36,245 bases of DNA from positions 1 through 36,245 of the IMG/VR virus record IMGVR_UViG_3300022890_000451; one strand, given 5' to 3'. The DNA comes from a virus (Duplodnaviria; Caudoviricetes). The position numbers and the translations under genes were made by a program. Shown here piece by piece: positions 27,720 through 35,905 of this stretch. The notes beneath the pieces were generated by a model. The model did no database searches. It saw only the letters and a program-made list of their open reading frames with translations, and was not told the origin of the DNA. Every line of letters starts with the position of its first letter. Within the stretch, counting starts at the first letter, position 1.

Positions 27720-28469
27720 ATGCTTACCATAGGAGAAATAGTAAACTATAAAGGTGTAGCCTATAGCACTGTTGCTAATCCTTGTGTAGTATTGAAGGTA
27801 GACCCTGGTTCAGCATACCCCTTTATTGTCCAAGATAGTAATAATAACACCTGGTGCTTTGAGGAAAAGGACCTAGAAGCAGTACCTAATGATGAAGAGA
27901 AGGACTGTGACTGTATAAGCTGTAAAGGTGATGGATGTACTAAGTGTAGTGTTAATAGTTTAGATAATTATGAGCTAAGGGTAGATCAAGCATTACCGGA
28001 GGATTATACAGGAATTGCATTACAAAAGTATACAAAAAAGAAGAATGATGCACTTGATAGAATGTGCAAAGAAAATAAGGAGCCTGATCCTGTGGTGATT
28101 AAAGAAATGACAGATAGAATACTACAAGACTTCGGAGATCCTTCGGCAGAAGAAATAGAAACTAACTCTAAAGGCGGTAAGAATAGTAAGATAGGAGTAA
28201 GATATGACCTAATACCTCCATTAGCTATTAAAGAGTTAGCTAAAGTATTAGAACAAGGATCTAAGAAGTATGACGAATGGAACTGGTTGAACGTAGATGT
28301 AAATCAACACATTAATCATGCTTTAAACCATATATTTGAATCACTAGTAAACAAATCTGAGAATAATACTAGTGAAACTATAGAACAAAATAGAATAGAA
28401 GAACTATCACATGCTTTCTGTAGATTAGGGATGGCATTAGAACTACTACTAAGAAGGAGACTTAAATGA
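27720..28469 (+). CDS. dATP/dGTP diphosphohydrolase (DUF5664) domain protein with N-terminal extension
   Basis: RYDLIPPLAIKELAKVL..G..KY.E.NW...H..HA..H...LSHA. Confidence 0.8.
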   Translation: MLTIGEIVNYKGVAYSTVANPCVVLKVDPGSAYPFIVQDSNNNTWCFEEKDLEAVPNDEEKDCDCISCKGDGCTKCSVNSLDNYELRVDQALPEDYTGIALQKYTKKKNDALDRMCKENKEPDPVVIKEMTDRILQDFGDPSAEEIETNSKGGKNSKIGVRYDLIPPLAIKELAKVLEQGSKKYDEWNWLNVDVNQHINHALNHIFESLVNKSENNTSETIEQNRIEELSHAFCRLGMALELLLRRRLK

Positions 28470-28564
28470 CTAGTACACTAATACTAATACTAATGTTTAT
28501 AGGAGTAGTATTCATATTACGTAATGCTCCTAGTAGTGATGATAGTGATTATGATAACTTTTAA
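28466..28564 (+). CDS. Small single-TM peptide (32 aa)
   Basis: AAGGAG RBS; MTSTLILILMFIGVVFILRN... Confidence 0.5.
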   Translation: MTSTLILILMFIGVVFILRNAPSSDDSDYDNF

Positions 28565-28579
28565 CCGAAGGAGTAAGGT

Positions 28580-28813
28580 ATGCCAATATTTGAAACTAAA
28601 GATGATCTAGTATCATTCTTTAAGGTACTAACGGATAACCTGGATAAGAACTTAGGTGAATCAGGATTTGAACTAAGTTTAAACATATCTGCCATCAATA
28701 TGAACAATACTGATGCTATAATGGATGCATTTAAAACCTGTCAGAAAGCAGGAGAGAAGAAGATAGTAGGAGTAAAAGGCAATATACCTAACCCTTTGGC
28801 AAAGAAAGGGTAG
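28580..28813 (+). CDS. Hypothetical protein
   Basis: AAGGAG RBS. Confidence 0.65.
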   Translation: MPIFETKDDLVSFFKVLTDNLDKNLGESGFELSLNISAINMNNTDAIMDAFKTCQKAGEKKIVGVKGNIPNPLAKKG

Positions 28814-28831
28814 GCCTATGTATAGGTAGAG

Positions 28832-28889
28832 AGAGATCGTTGAACCTTGACCCCTTAGAGAGTGTTAGAAGGGTATTATAGGAGGTGTT
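28832..28889 (+). promoter_or_regulatory. Copy 3 of dispersed intergenic motif, upstream of DNA polymerase
   Basis: Shares 16 bp with copy 1 and ~38 aligned bp with copy 2. Confidence 0.55.
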
Positions 28890-30677
28890 TTGAGTAAGAT
28901 ACCAAAGGTATTAGATGTAGAGACTACCGGACTTAACTGGACTAAATGCGGTATTATAGGCTGGGGATCTTACAGCAAACAAGATAAAGATATCAGCTTT
29001 ACTAAAGATATTGAATCAGAAGAGAAGTATGAGTATATCTACCATAATGGCTCATTTGATGTTAAAGTAGCACATAAGAATGGAATAGAGTTACCATTTG
29101 ATCATGATACTATACTAATGGCTAGTTTATTACAGTATAGGAATAGTGTTAAAGAGTATTACTATAATAGTTATGATGAAGAGACTAAACTTAAAGAGAG
29201 TCTATCCTTAGATGCGTTAGCTAAGAAAGACCTAGATATTCAAAATACCTGGAAAATAGACTGGAATAAAGATACTCCTACTTATGATGAGATTAAAGAA
29301 CATTGTCTAATGGATTGTAGAGTAACTTACCACCTGTTTGAAATATATAAGGAAAGACTTATTAATAATGGACTGTGGGAGTACTACGTTAAACTAATGA
29401 TGCCCTTTGCTAGGATGTTAGTAGATGTAGAGTGTGCAGGTATTAGATTAGATTTAGCGAAGCTAACCAAACTTAAAGCAGATTATGGAGAACGATTAAA
29501 AGTATGGGAAGTTGTATTCCGTAAAACTCATAAAGAAGTACTGGATATAGTAAGTAGACATTTGATCCGAGATAAAATAGCTAAAGTAAAACCTGGTAAG
29601 AAACCTGAAACTAAACAAAATAGAATAGATAAGATAGTTAAGGATGGCATTGAATTTAACCCAAGATCTAATGTACATATGAATAAGTTATTAGAACTTA
29701 AAGGATTAGAGATAAAGGATAAGAATGGTAAAAGAACTAGCTCCTCTAAGTTATTATATAGGTATAGACATGATCCAGTAATAGGGTCTATATTAGAATA
29801 CAAGAAGATTAAAAAGATCCATAGAGACTTCTTATGTAAATGGGACGATTTAAGGATAGATGATGTATTATATACTAACTTTAGATTATGGGCTACTAGA
29901 ACAGGTAGACTAAGTAGTGCAGAGCCTAACTTACAGCAAGTACCTAAAGATAAAGAGATTAGAGAGTTGTTTATACCTAGAGAAGGTAAGGTGTTTACTG
30001 TAGTTGATGCTAAACAAATGGAAGCAAGGCTAGCTGCATACTTCAGTAAAGAGCCTAATCTTATTAAAGCATTTAAGGATGGTACAGATGTATATGGACA
30101 AATAGCAATAGATCTTATGGGACTAGATTGTCTACCCAATGATGTAAAACTTAAATATCCTAAGGAGAGACAAGTAGGTAAACAGTTATTCTTAGCTAGT
30201 TTATATGGACAGGGATCTAAGAGTTTACATTTTATATTAAGTAGAGAACATGAGATAGATATTACATTAAGTGAGTGTAGGTCTTATAAGAGATTATTTA
30301 ATAAGACATACCATAAACTTATCTCCTTCGGTGAAAAACTTAAAGAAGAGGTAATGGATAAAGGTTATATTACTAATTGGTTTGGACGTAAAGTATTTAT
30401 ACCGAAGGATAAGGCGTATAGAGCTATTAATTATTATATTCAAGGGTCTAGTAGTGAATTACTATCATTCGTTCAACTGAACATAGTTAAACATCTCCCA
30501 GAGGGTGCTAGGATACTTCTATTAGTACATGACGAAGTAGTATATGAACATAAACCAGAAGATACTGATAAGATAGTTGACATCGTTAAGAAATATATGA
30601 TAGAACTAGTTAACAGCAAGTATGACATGTTTATGGATATGGACATCTCAACTGGCAAAGATTGGAGTGTAAAATGA
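28890..30677 (+). CDS. polA: Family A DNA polymerase with 3'-5' exonuclease
   Basis: DVETTG, HNGSFD, TGRLSSAEPNLQQVP, motif A DAKQMEAR, motif B R..GK...L...YG, motif C VHDE; TTG start after AGGAGG. Confidence 0.96.
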   Translation: MSKIPKVLDVETTGLNWTKCGIIGWGSYSKQDKDISFTKDIESEEKYEYIYHNGSFDVKVAHKNGIELPFDHDTILMASLLQYRNSVKEYYYNSYDEETKLKESLSLDALAKKDLDIQNTWKIDWNKDTPTYDEIKEHCLMDCRVTYHLFEIYKERLINNGLWEYYVKLMMPFARMLVDVECAGIRLDLAKLTKLKADYGERLKVWEVVFRKTHKEVLDIVSRHLIRDKIAKVKPGKKPETKQNRIDKIVKDGIEFNPRSNVHMNKLLELKGLEIKDKNGKRTSSSKLLYRYRHDPVIGSILEYKKIKKIHRDFLCKWDDLRIDDVLYTNFRLWATRTGRLSSAEPNLQQVPKDKEIRELFIPREGKVFTVVDAKQMEARLAAYFSKEPNLIKAFKDGTDVYGQIAIDLMGLDCLPNDVKLKYPKERQVGKQLFLASLYGQGSKSLHFILSREHEIDITLSECRSYKRLFNKTYHKLISFGEKLKEEVMDKGYITNWFGRKVFIPKDKAYRAINYYIQGSSSELLSFVQLNIVKHLPEGARILLLVHDEVVYEHKPEDTDKIVDIVKKYMIELVNSKYDMFMDMDISTGKDWSVK

Positions 30678-31033
30678 ATAATAAAGAATACGCAAAGGCA
30701 TTAAGATTAATGGCAAAGATATATAAATATAATCCAGAGCTTCCTCAGATTAATGAACTTAAGCTATATCCATCAGGAATAGAGCAGGTTAGATTATGTA
30801 TTAAATCATTAGATAATATTAAAAAGAACTATGATTCCCATTTTATACGTATTACAGGTACTATAGGTGGAATACGTATAGAAGCAGTAGATTGGAGAGA
30901 GGTAGTATGTACTAAAAGAGTAGTAGGTACTAGACTAGTTAAAAGAGAAATACCTATAGAAACTAAAATAGTAGAAGTAGAAGAAGAAATAGTAGAGTGG
31001 GATTGTAATCCAATACTGGGAGACTCAAAATGA
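30674..31033 (+). CDS. Hypothetical protein
   Basis: REVVC...VVGT...EEEIVEWDC.PIL motif; ATG 30674 overlaps the pol stop. Confidence 0.7.
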   Translation: MNNKEYAKALRLMAKIYKYNPELPQINELKLYPSGIEQVRLCIKSLDNIKKNYDSHFIRITGTIGGIRIEAVDWREVVCTKRVVGTRLVKREIPIETKIVEVEEEIVEWDCNPILGDSK

Positions 31034-31269
31034 TAGTAATGAATTTTACATTAGAACATGAGAATAATCTTTATGAAATAGAATGTGATGTAACATTGAG
31101 TAGAGAGTTATATGGAGCAGATTATGATGGTAATAGAGGAGCTATGTTAGATATGTATGAGTTAGAGAATTGTTATATAAGTAACTCAGCAGATGGAGAG
31201 ACAGCTAATGAATTATTTGAATTACTAGAAGACCCTATAAATGATTATATAAGTAGTAACATAGACTAA
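31030..31269 (+). CDS. Hypothetical acidic protein (YGADYDGNRG motif)
   Basis: GGAG RBS, ATGA coupling. Confidence 0.65.
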   Translation: MIVMNFTLEHENNLYEIECDVTLSRELYGADYDGNRGAMLDMYELENCYISNSADGETANELFELLEDPINDYISSNID

Positions 31270-31276
31270 AGAGGAT

Positions 31277-32266
31277 ATGATGACTGAACCTAAAAAGAAA
31301 GAGTTTAAGGATATTAATAAGGCTTATGGAGAGGATACTATTAAGTACCTTACAGATGATTATGTTACTCCTGATGAGGTAATTCCTACTGGTGTTCTTT
31401 CTCTTGATCTTGCCGTAGGAAATGGAGGGTTAGCTACTGGTACTATAATGGAAGTATATGGCCCTGAATCAGCAGGTAAGACTACTATAGCCATGTTCAT
31501 TATGAGAGAAGCACAAAGGTTAGGACATAAAGTAGCATTTGTGGATATGGAACATGCATTTGATACAGGACTAGCTAAGAACTATGGACTAGACCTTTCT
31601 CAAGTGGCTTTCTCCCAACCTGAATGTGGAGAACAGGCTTTAGGAATAGTAGAGATGTTAGTAGAAGAAGGGAATCATAAAGTTATAGTGGTAGATAGTG
31701 TAGATGCATTAGTACCTAGATCTGTTCTAGAGGGAGACTTTGGTGACAGTAATATGGGTAGGCAGGCTAAGATGATGAGTCAAGCATTAAGGAAACTTAC
31801 TCCTGCGGTATCTAAACAAGGAGTATTACTAATATTCATTAATCAAATCAGAATGAAAATAGGCATAGTATATGGCAATCCAGAAACTACTAGTGGAGGT
31901 AATGCTCTTAAATTCTACGCTAAGTATAGATTAGAAGTACGTAGGAGAGAAGTACTTAAAGACGGTACATTAGTAATAGGTGCTAAAACTAGAGTAAAGG
32001 TAGCTAAGAACAAGAAAGCACCACCTTTTAGAGAATGTATATTTACATTAATATATGGTAAGGGTACCGATACAGATCAAGAACTAGCTGATGTATCCTT
32101 AGAGCTAGGTATAGTAGATCGTAAAGGGGCCTGGATGTTCATAGATGGAGAACAGATAGGACAAGGCTCTAAGAGCATAGTAGAGAAGATTAAGTCAGAC
32201 CCAGAGTTTAAAACCATGCTTACAGATCTAGTAGCAAATAGTACTAAAGCTGAAACGAAGGAGTAA
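31277..32266 (+). CDS. recA: RecA recombinase
   Basis: GPESAGKTT, VDMEHA, SQPE.GEQAL, VVDSVDALVP, FINQIRMKIG, GGNALKFYA, KNK.APPF. Confidence 0.97.
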   Translation: MMTEPKKKEFKDINKAYGEDTIKYLTDDYVTPDEVIPTGVLSLDLAVGNGGLATGTIMEVYGPESAGKTTIAMFIMREAQRLGHKVAFVDMEHAFDTGLAKNYGLDLSQVAFSQPECGEQALGIVEMLVEEGNHKVIVVDSVDALVPRSVLEGDFGDSNMGRQAKMMSQALRKLTPAVSKQGVLLIFINQIRMKIGIVYGNPETTSGGNALKFYAKYRLEVRRREVLKDGTLVIGAKTRVKVAKNKKAPPFRECIFTLIYGKGTDTDQELADVSLELGIVDRKGAWMFIDGEQIGQGSKSIVEKIKSDPEFKTMLTDLVANSTKAETKE

Positions 32267-32267
32267 T

Positions 32268-32474
32268 ATGAAAGATATAACTGTTAGAGTAACACCTTGT
32301 ACATATAGAGGCATCTATAATAACTGTACTGAGATACGTGTTGAAGTAAATACTAGGGGAGAAAAATATTCATATATTATGATGCTTGATAATGATGTAT
32401 TTTCAAGTATTTGGGAACAATCCTTCGACCATATTAAAGAAATAGTGAAAAATGAAATACAAGATAAGGAGTAG
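32268..32474 (+). CDS. Hypothetical protein
   Basis: AAGGAG RBS. Confidence 0.6.
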   Translation: MKDITVRVTPCTYRGIYNNCTEIRVEVNTRGEKYSYIMMLDNDVFSSIWEQSFDHIKEIVKNEIQDKE

Positions 32475-32475
32475 T

Positions 32476-32772
32476 ATGACTGCATTACTTACACTATGGG
32501 CTAAGAAGATATTTATTAATAAGTATACATTAATGTTCTTAATTCTTGTGCTATGCAGTATGGCATCTTATTATAAGGGTAGACAAGATATGAAGAATAA
32601 GTACGCCAGATCTCAACTTAAAGAGGTGATAGAATATGTGGATGAAAAGAATAAAGTTACTGATTATTATGATAGCAATAAGTTTGATGATGAATGGGTG
32701 CTGTCGGGAATCATTAGTAAAAATTCCAAAGGATGCATATCCTCAGATGGAATGTGTGACAATAAACGATAA
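32476..32772 (+). CDS. Inner-membrane spanin (Rz-like) candidate
   Basis: N-terminal TM followed by YYKGRQD and a helical segment; overlapped by a lipoprotein ORF. Confidence 0.55.
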   Translation: MTALLTLWAKKIFINKYTLMFLILVLCSMASYYKGRQDMKNKYARSQLKEVIEYVDEKNKVTDYYDSNKFDDEWVLSGIISKNSKGCISSDGMCDNKR

Positions 32773-32878
32773 TTGTGTATGTGGAGAAGAGCTTAGGAAA
32801 GTAATTAATAACATGCTTAAACTACAAAAACACATTGACAATTTAAGTATATCACCAGGCTTTAAAAAGGAGAAATGA
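32636..32878 (+). CDS. Outer-membrane spanin (Rz1-like) lipoprotein candidate
   Basis: MKRIKLLIIMIAISLMMNGC lipobox; +1 frame overlap with the previous ORF; GAGGTG RBS. Confidence 0.6.
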   Translation: MWMKRIKLLIIMIAISLMMNGCCRESLVKIPKDAYPQMECVTINDNCVCGEELRKVINNMLKLQKHIDNLSISPGFKKEK

Positions 32879-32879
32879 C

Positions 32880-33029
32880 ATGAAACGAATAAAACAACCA
32901 ATAAATTTTAAAGAATTGGATCCTGCTACGCTAAGAGGTAAGGATTTACTTAAAGCATTAGATATAGTAATTAAAGATATTTATAAGATATTAAATGAAC
33001 TAAAGGATAACACTAATGAAACCAGATAG
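32880..33029 (+). CDS. Hypothetical protein (49 aa)
   Basis: AAGGAG RBS; MKRIKQPINF... Confidence 0.55.
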   Translation: MKRIKQPINFKELDPATLRGKDLLKALDIVIKDIYKILNELKDNTNETR

Positions 33030-33231
33030 ATCATATACATATGTAGAACACACTAATCCAGAAAACTATGACTCTGATGATATAATCTATGCTAATGGAG
33101 GTAGAGGATATAGGAGTAGAAAAGATGGTAAAATTAAGCTAATCAGATGCCCTGCTTGTAAAAGAGAGAACTGGGCTATGGCTGTAACTTCAGGTGAATG
33201 TGCCTGGTGTGGCTACAAAGAGGAGGAATAA
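33016..33231 (+). CDS. Zinc-finger protein
   Basis: RCPACKRENW......CAWCG. Confidence 0.65.
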   Translation: MKPDRSYTYVEHTNPENYDSDDIIYANGGRGYRSRKDGKIKLIRCPACKRENWAMAVTSGECAWCGYKEEE

Positions 33232-33416
33232 TACTTACTTATAAAGTAGAGGACATACTAGCTAACATATCCGTCCAAGTAGGAGGATATGGAGAGACTC
33301 TTAGTAAGAAAGGTATAAGTCTTACAGATCTAGTAGACTTAACAGAGTTCTTAGTAAATGAAGTATCTAAACTTAAAAGCATTATAATAGAAATACCAGA
33401 GACTTATAACTCATAA
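33198..33416 (+). CDS. Hypothetical protein, start uncertain
   Basis: ORF fills the gap; AGGAGG precedes ATA codons at 33228-33233. Confidence 0.5.
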   Translation: MCLVWLQRGGIILTYKVEDILANISVQVGGYGETLSKKGISLTDLVDLTEFLVNEVSKLKSIIIEIPETYNS

Positions 33417-33424
33417 GGAGAGGC

Positions 33425-33700
33425 ATGATGCCTAGATCAAAGAAAAAACAAAAATCTATTAGTGATAAGTATACTCTAGTAATAGTTGAATGGATAGATA
33501 TAGCAAGTGATGCTTCATGGGTTAGTGAGAAAGATGCTCAAAAGATGGAATGTGTTACATGTATTGAGGTAGGATGGATGATACATGAGGATAAGAAGCA
33601 GATAGTATTATCATCACAGTTCAATGACAGTGACTGTGGAAATAGGACTGTAATTCCTAGAGGGGTAATTTTAGATATAAAGAGGATTAACAATGAATAA
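33425..33700 (+). CDS. Conserved phage protein (V.W.D...W...VGW...IP.G.I)
   Basis: Motif pattern common in phage hypotheticals; AAGGAG RBS. Confidence 0.7.
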   Translation: MMPRSKKKQKSISDKYTLVIVEWIDIASDASWVSEKDAQKMECVTCIEVGWMIHEDKKQIVLSSQFNDSDCGNRTVIPRGVILDIKRINNE

Positions 33701-33821
33701 GTTCCATGCATTATACATATACACTATTATTAAGTTCTTATTAGATTTCTTATTTATTGTACTATGCAAATGGGATGTATTCGCTGGATTTATAATTAAA
33801 CTACTAAAGAGGACAATATGA
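33693..33821 (+). CDS. Small hydrophobic protein (42 aa)
   Basis: GAGGA RBS, coupled at both ends. Confidence 0.5.
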   Translation: MNKFHALYIYTIIKFLLDFLFIVLCKWDVFAGFIIKLLKRTI

Positions 33822-33997
33822 GCAAATATAGTATATACCAAGAACAAGAGATAATTCAGACAATAGATCTAGTACTGGATAAGGTATATGATATAGATAT
33901 ACCTGGATTTACAGTTATTATGATAAGAGAGATCAGAGAAGAAGTATTAGGTGAATTAAAGATAGATCCACTTAAAAAGGAGGTCGTATATGCGTAA
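33818..33997 (+). CDS. Hypothetical protein (59 aa)
   Basis: GAGGA RBS, ATGA coupling. Confidence 0.55.
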   Translation: MSKYSIYQEQEIIQTIDLVLDKVYDIDIPGFTVIMIREIREEVLGELKIDPLKKEVVYA

Positions 33998-34265
33998 CCA
34001 TGAAGATGGGCATACATTAGTAAATAATGTTAATGGTATTAAGATCAGGGTATTTAAAGATTGTATGGTACTAGGAGCATTGGATAGGCAGGGTATGTTA
34101 GCATTATCTTTTTTAAGTAGTTCTATGGATTATACAAGTAACTCAAATATTACAGTACATTCATTAGATGATGAATCAGTACATACAGTAGAGATATATT
34201 ATAATAAAGAACAAGACGATGAACCTGAAGATAAAAGTAATGAAATAGGTTTTGTATTTGAATGA
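33990..34265 (+). CDS. Hypothetical protein
   Basis: AGGAGG RBS. Confidence 0.65.
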   Translation: MRNHEDGHTLVNNVNGIKIRVFKDCMVLGALDRQGMLALSFLSSSMDYTSNSNITVHSLDDESVHTVEIYYNKEQDDEPEDKSNEIGFVFE

Positions 34266-34283
34266 TTACCAAAGGAGTACAGT

Positions 34284-34799
34284 ATGATATTAGGACTCGA
34301 TCTTAGCAGTAGTTGCACTGGTTATGGTATCTTAGATACTGAGGGTAAGGTAGTAGGCTTTGGACAGATTAGACCTCCTGCTAAGTTAGACCATGGTAAT
34401 AAGTATTTGCACATAATACATGCAGTTAGATCATTACTAATCAGCCATAATATTACTGAGGTAGTACTAGAGAGATACTTTGTAGGAGGATTTAAGACTC
34501 AAGGTACATTTATATGTGCAGAACTGAGAGGGGCTGTTTTATGCACATTGGCACAGTACTTTCCAGATGTAGATATTGTAGAGCAAATCTTCCCCTCCAC
34601 TTTAAAGAAGACTGTTACAGGTAATGGTAGAGCTATTAAGAGAGAAGTATGTGAATGTATACTTGCGAAGCTCAATATTAAATATGATGAATTATTAGGT
34701 ACTAAGAAAGCTAGATTTAAGATAGATGGTGTAACCTATTATGATGATGTCGCTGATGGACTATCATTGGCTTACTGTCATTATTTAAAAGGAGTATAG
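34284..34799 (+). CDS. ruvC: RuvC-like Holliday junction resolvase
   Basis: ILGLDLSSSCTGYG, VLE, PSTLKKTVTGNGRA.K, DDVADGL. Confidence 0.9.
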   Translation: MILGLDLSSSCTGYGILDTEGKVVGFGQIRPPAKLDHGNKYLHIIHAVRSLLISHNITEVVLERYFVGGFKTQGTFICAELRGAVLCTLAQYFPDVDIVEQIFPSTLKKTVTGNGRAIKREVCECILAKLNIKYDELLGTKKARFKIDGVTYYDDVADGLSLAYCHYLKGV

Positions 34800-34800
34800 C

Positions 34801-35391
34801 ATGTTTAGTTTTATAAGAAATCTTATTAGAAACAGTAAGAATAAACTACCTGATTTTAGAAAGTACTCTAAGATACCTAGATTCAGTAGAGAGTGTATCA
34901 TTACAGAGAAGATAGATGGTACTAATGCACAGATACTCATTACTGAAGATAATAAGGTATATGCAGGTAGTAGAAAGAGATGGATAACCCCTGGCAAACA
35001 AACAGATAATTATGGATTTGCACAATGGGTGAAAACTTATGAAAAAGAATTATTAAAGCTAGGCCCTGGTAGACACTTTGGAGAGTGGTTCGGTAAGGGT
35101 ATTAATAGGAATTATAGGTTACAGGATAAATACTTTGTACTATTCAATGTACACTTTTGGAACAGTTTAGAAGATAAACCTAATTGTGTAGGTGTAGTAC
35201 CTGTTATAATAGAGGGTATTATGTCTAGTGAGCTTATAGAGACAGCTATTGATAAACTGGAGTGTAAAGGTAGTTATTTAGTACCTGGGTTTATGAACCC
35301 TGAAGGTATTGTTATTCACCACTGTGCAAGTAACAGACTGTTTAAGAAGACTATTGTAGGAGATGATTCACCTAAAAAGAAAGGAGTATAG
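34801..35391 (+). CDS. RNA ligase (Rnl2-like adenylyltransferase domain)
   Basis: Motif I TEKIDGTN, GSRKR, GEWFGKGI, F.LF, EGIV, FKK. Confidence 0.85.
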   Translation: MFSFIRNLIRNSKNKLPDFRKYSKIPRFSRECIITEKIDGTNAQILITEDNKVYAGSRKRWITPGKQTDNYGFAQWVKTYEKELLKLGPGRHFGEWFGKGINRNYRLQDKYFVLFNVHFWNSLEDKPNCVGVVPVIIEGIMSSELIETAIDKLECKGSYLVPGFMNPEGIVIHHCASNRLFKKTIVGDDSPKKKGV

Positions 35392-35684
35392 TGCCTAACT
35401 ATAATGACTATAAATTAGAAGACTTCCCTATAGGGTATGTAAGATGTACTGAATGTGATGGACCTGCCTTATGGTTATATGAAGATACTGCAAGTGCTAA
35501 TCTACTAATAGATGAAGATAATACAGTAGTAAGTCTTAGAGTAGGTAATATACTATTAGACTACCCTATAGATGATACAGATACATATTATTGTGATAGT
35601 TGTGGTTGTTCATTAGGTAGTAGTATCATATCTAGTGAGTTTATTTATTTCTTACCGAAGGATCAAAGTATTTATGTACAATAA
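35391..35684 (+). CDS. Acidic zinc-binding protein
   Basis: CTECD...CDSCG; GTG start after AAGGAG. Confidence 0.6.
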   Translation: MPNYNDYKLEDFPIGYVRCTECDGPALWLYEDTASANLLIDEDNTVVSLRVGNILLDYPIDDTDTYYCDSCGCSLGSSIISSEFIYFLPKDQSIYVQ

Positions 35685-35905
35685 CAGAATAATCAATATA
35701 TCCATTAGACTGATATACATATGGGAAGTGCTTAAGATGCTTGTCAGAATAGTCCTAATTCGCATGAGGTTCCATTCTGAGACATTATTATACACTACCC
35801 TACCCTCAGCCATGTGTAAGATTAAAAGATACTTCGAAAGAAGATTCTAATTAAACAGAGTCATTAACTAAAGTTAATGAACTATAGTTTATCAAGGAGA
35901 CTAAC

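Noticed and set aside
27720-30677. Z-genome (2-aminoadenine) phage
   Set aside because: DUF5664 alone is insufficient; no purZ or datZ recognised in the window
325-35661. CCGNAGG as a base-calling artefact of CCTNAGG
   Set aside because: CCTNAGG sites remain (6, 10188, 30159), and reverting would put a stop in the terL DTAEG motif
35635-35850. 71-aa plus-strand ORF
   Set aside because: Weak RBS and atypical composition; may be real from ATG 35674 but not supportable
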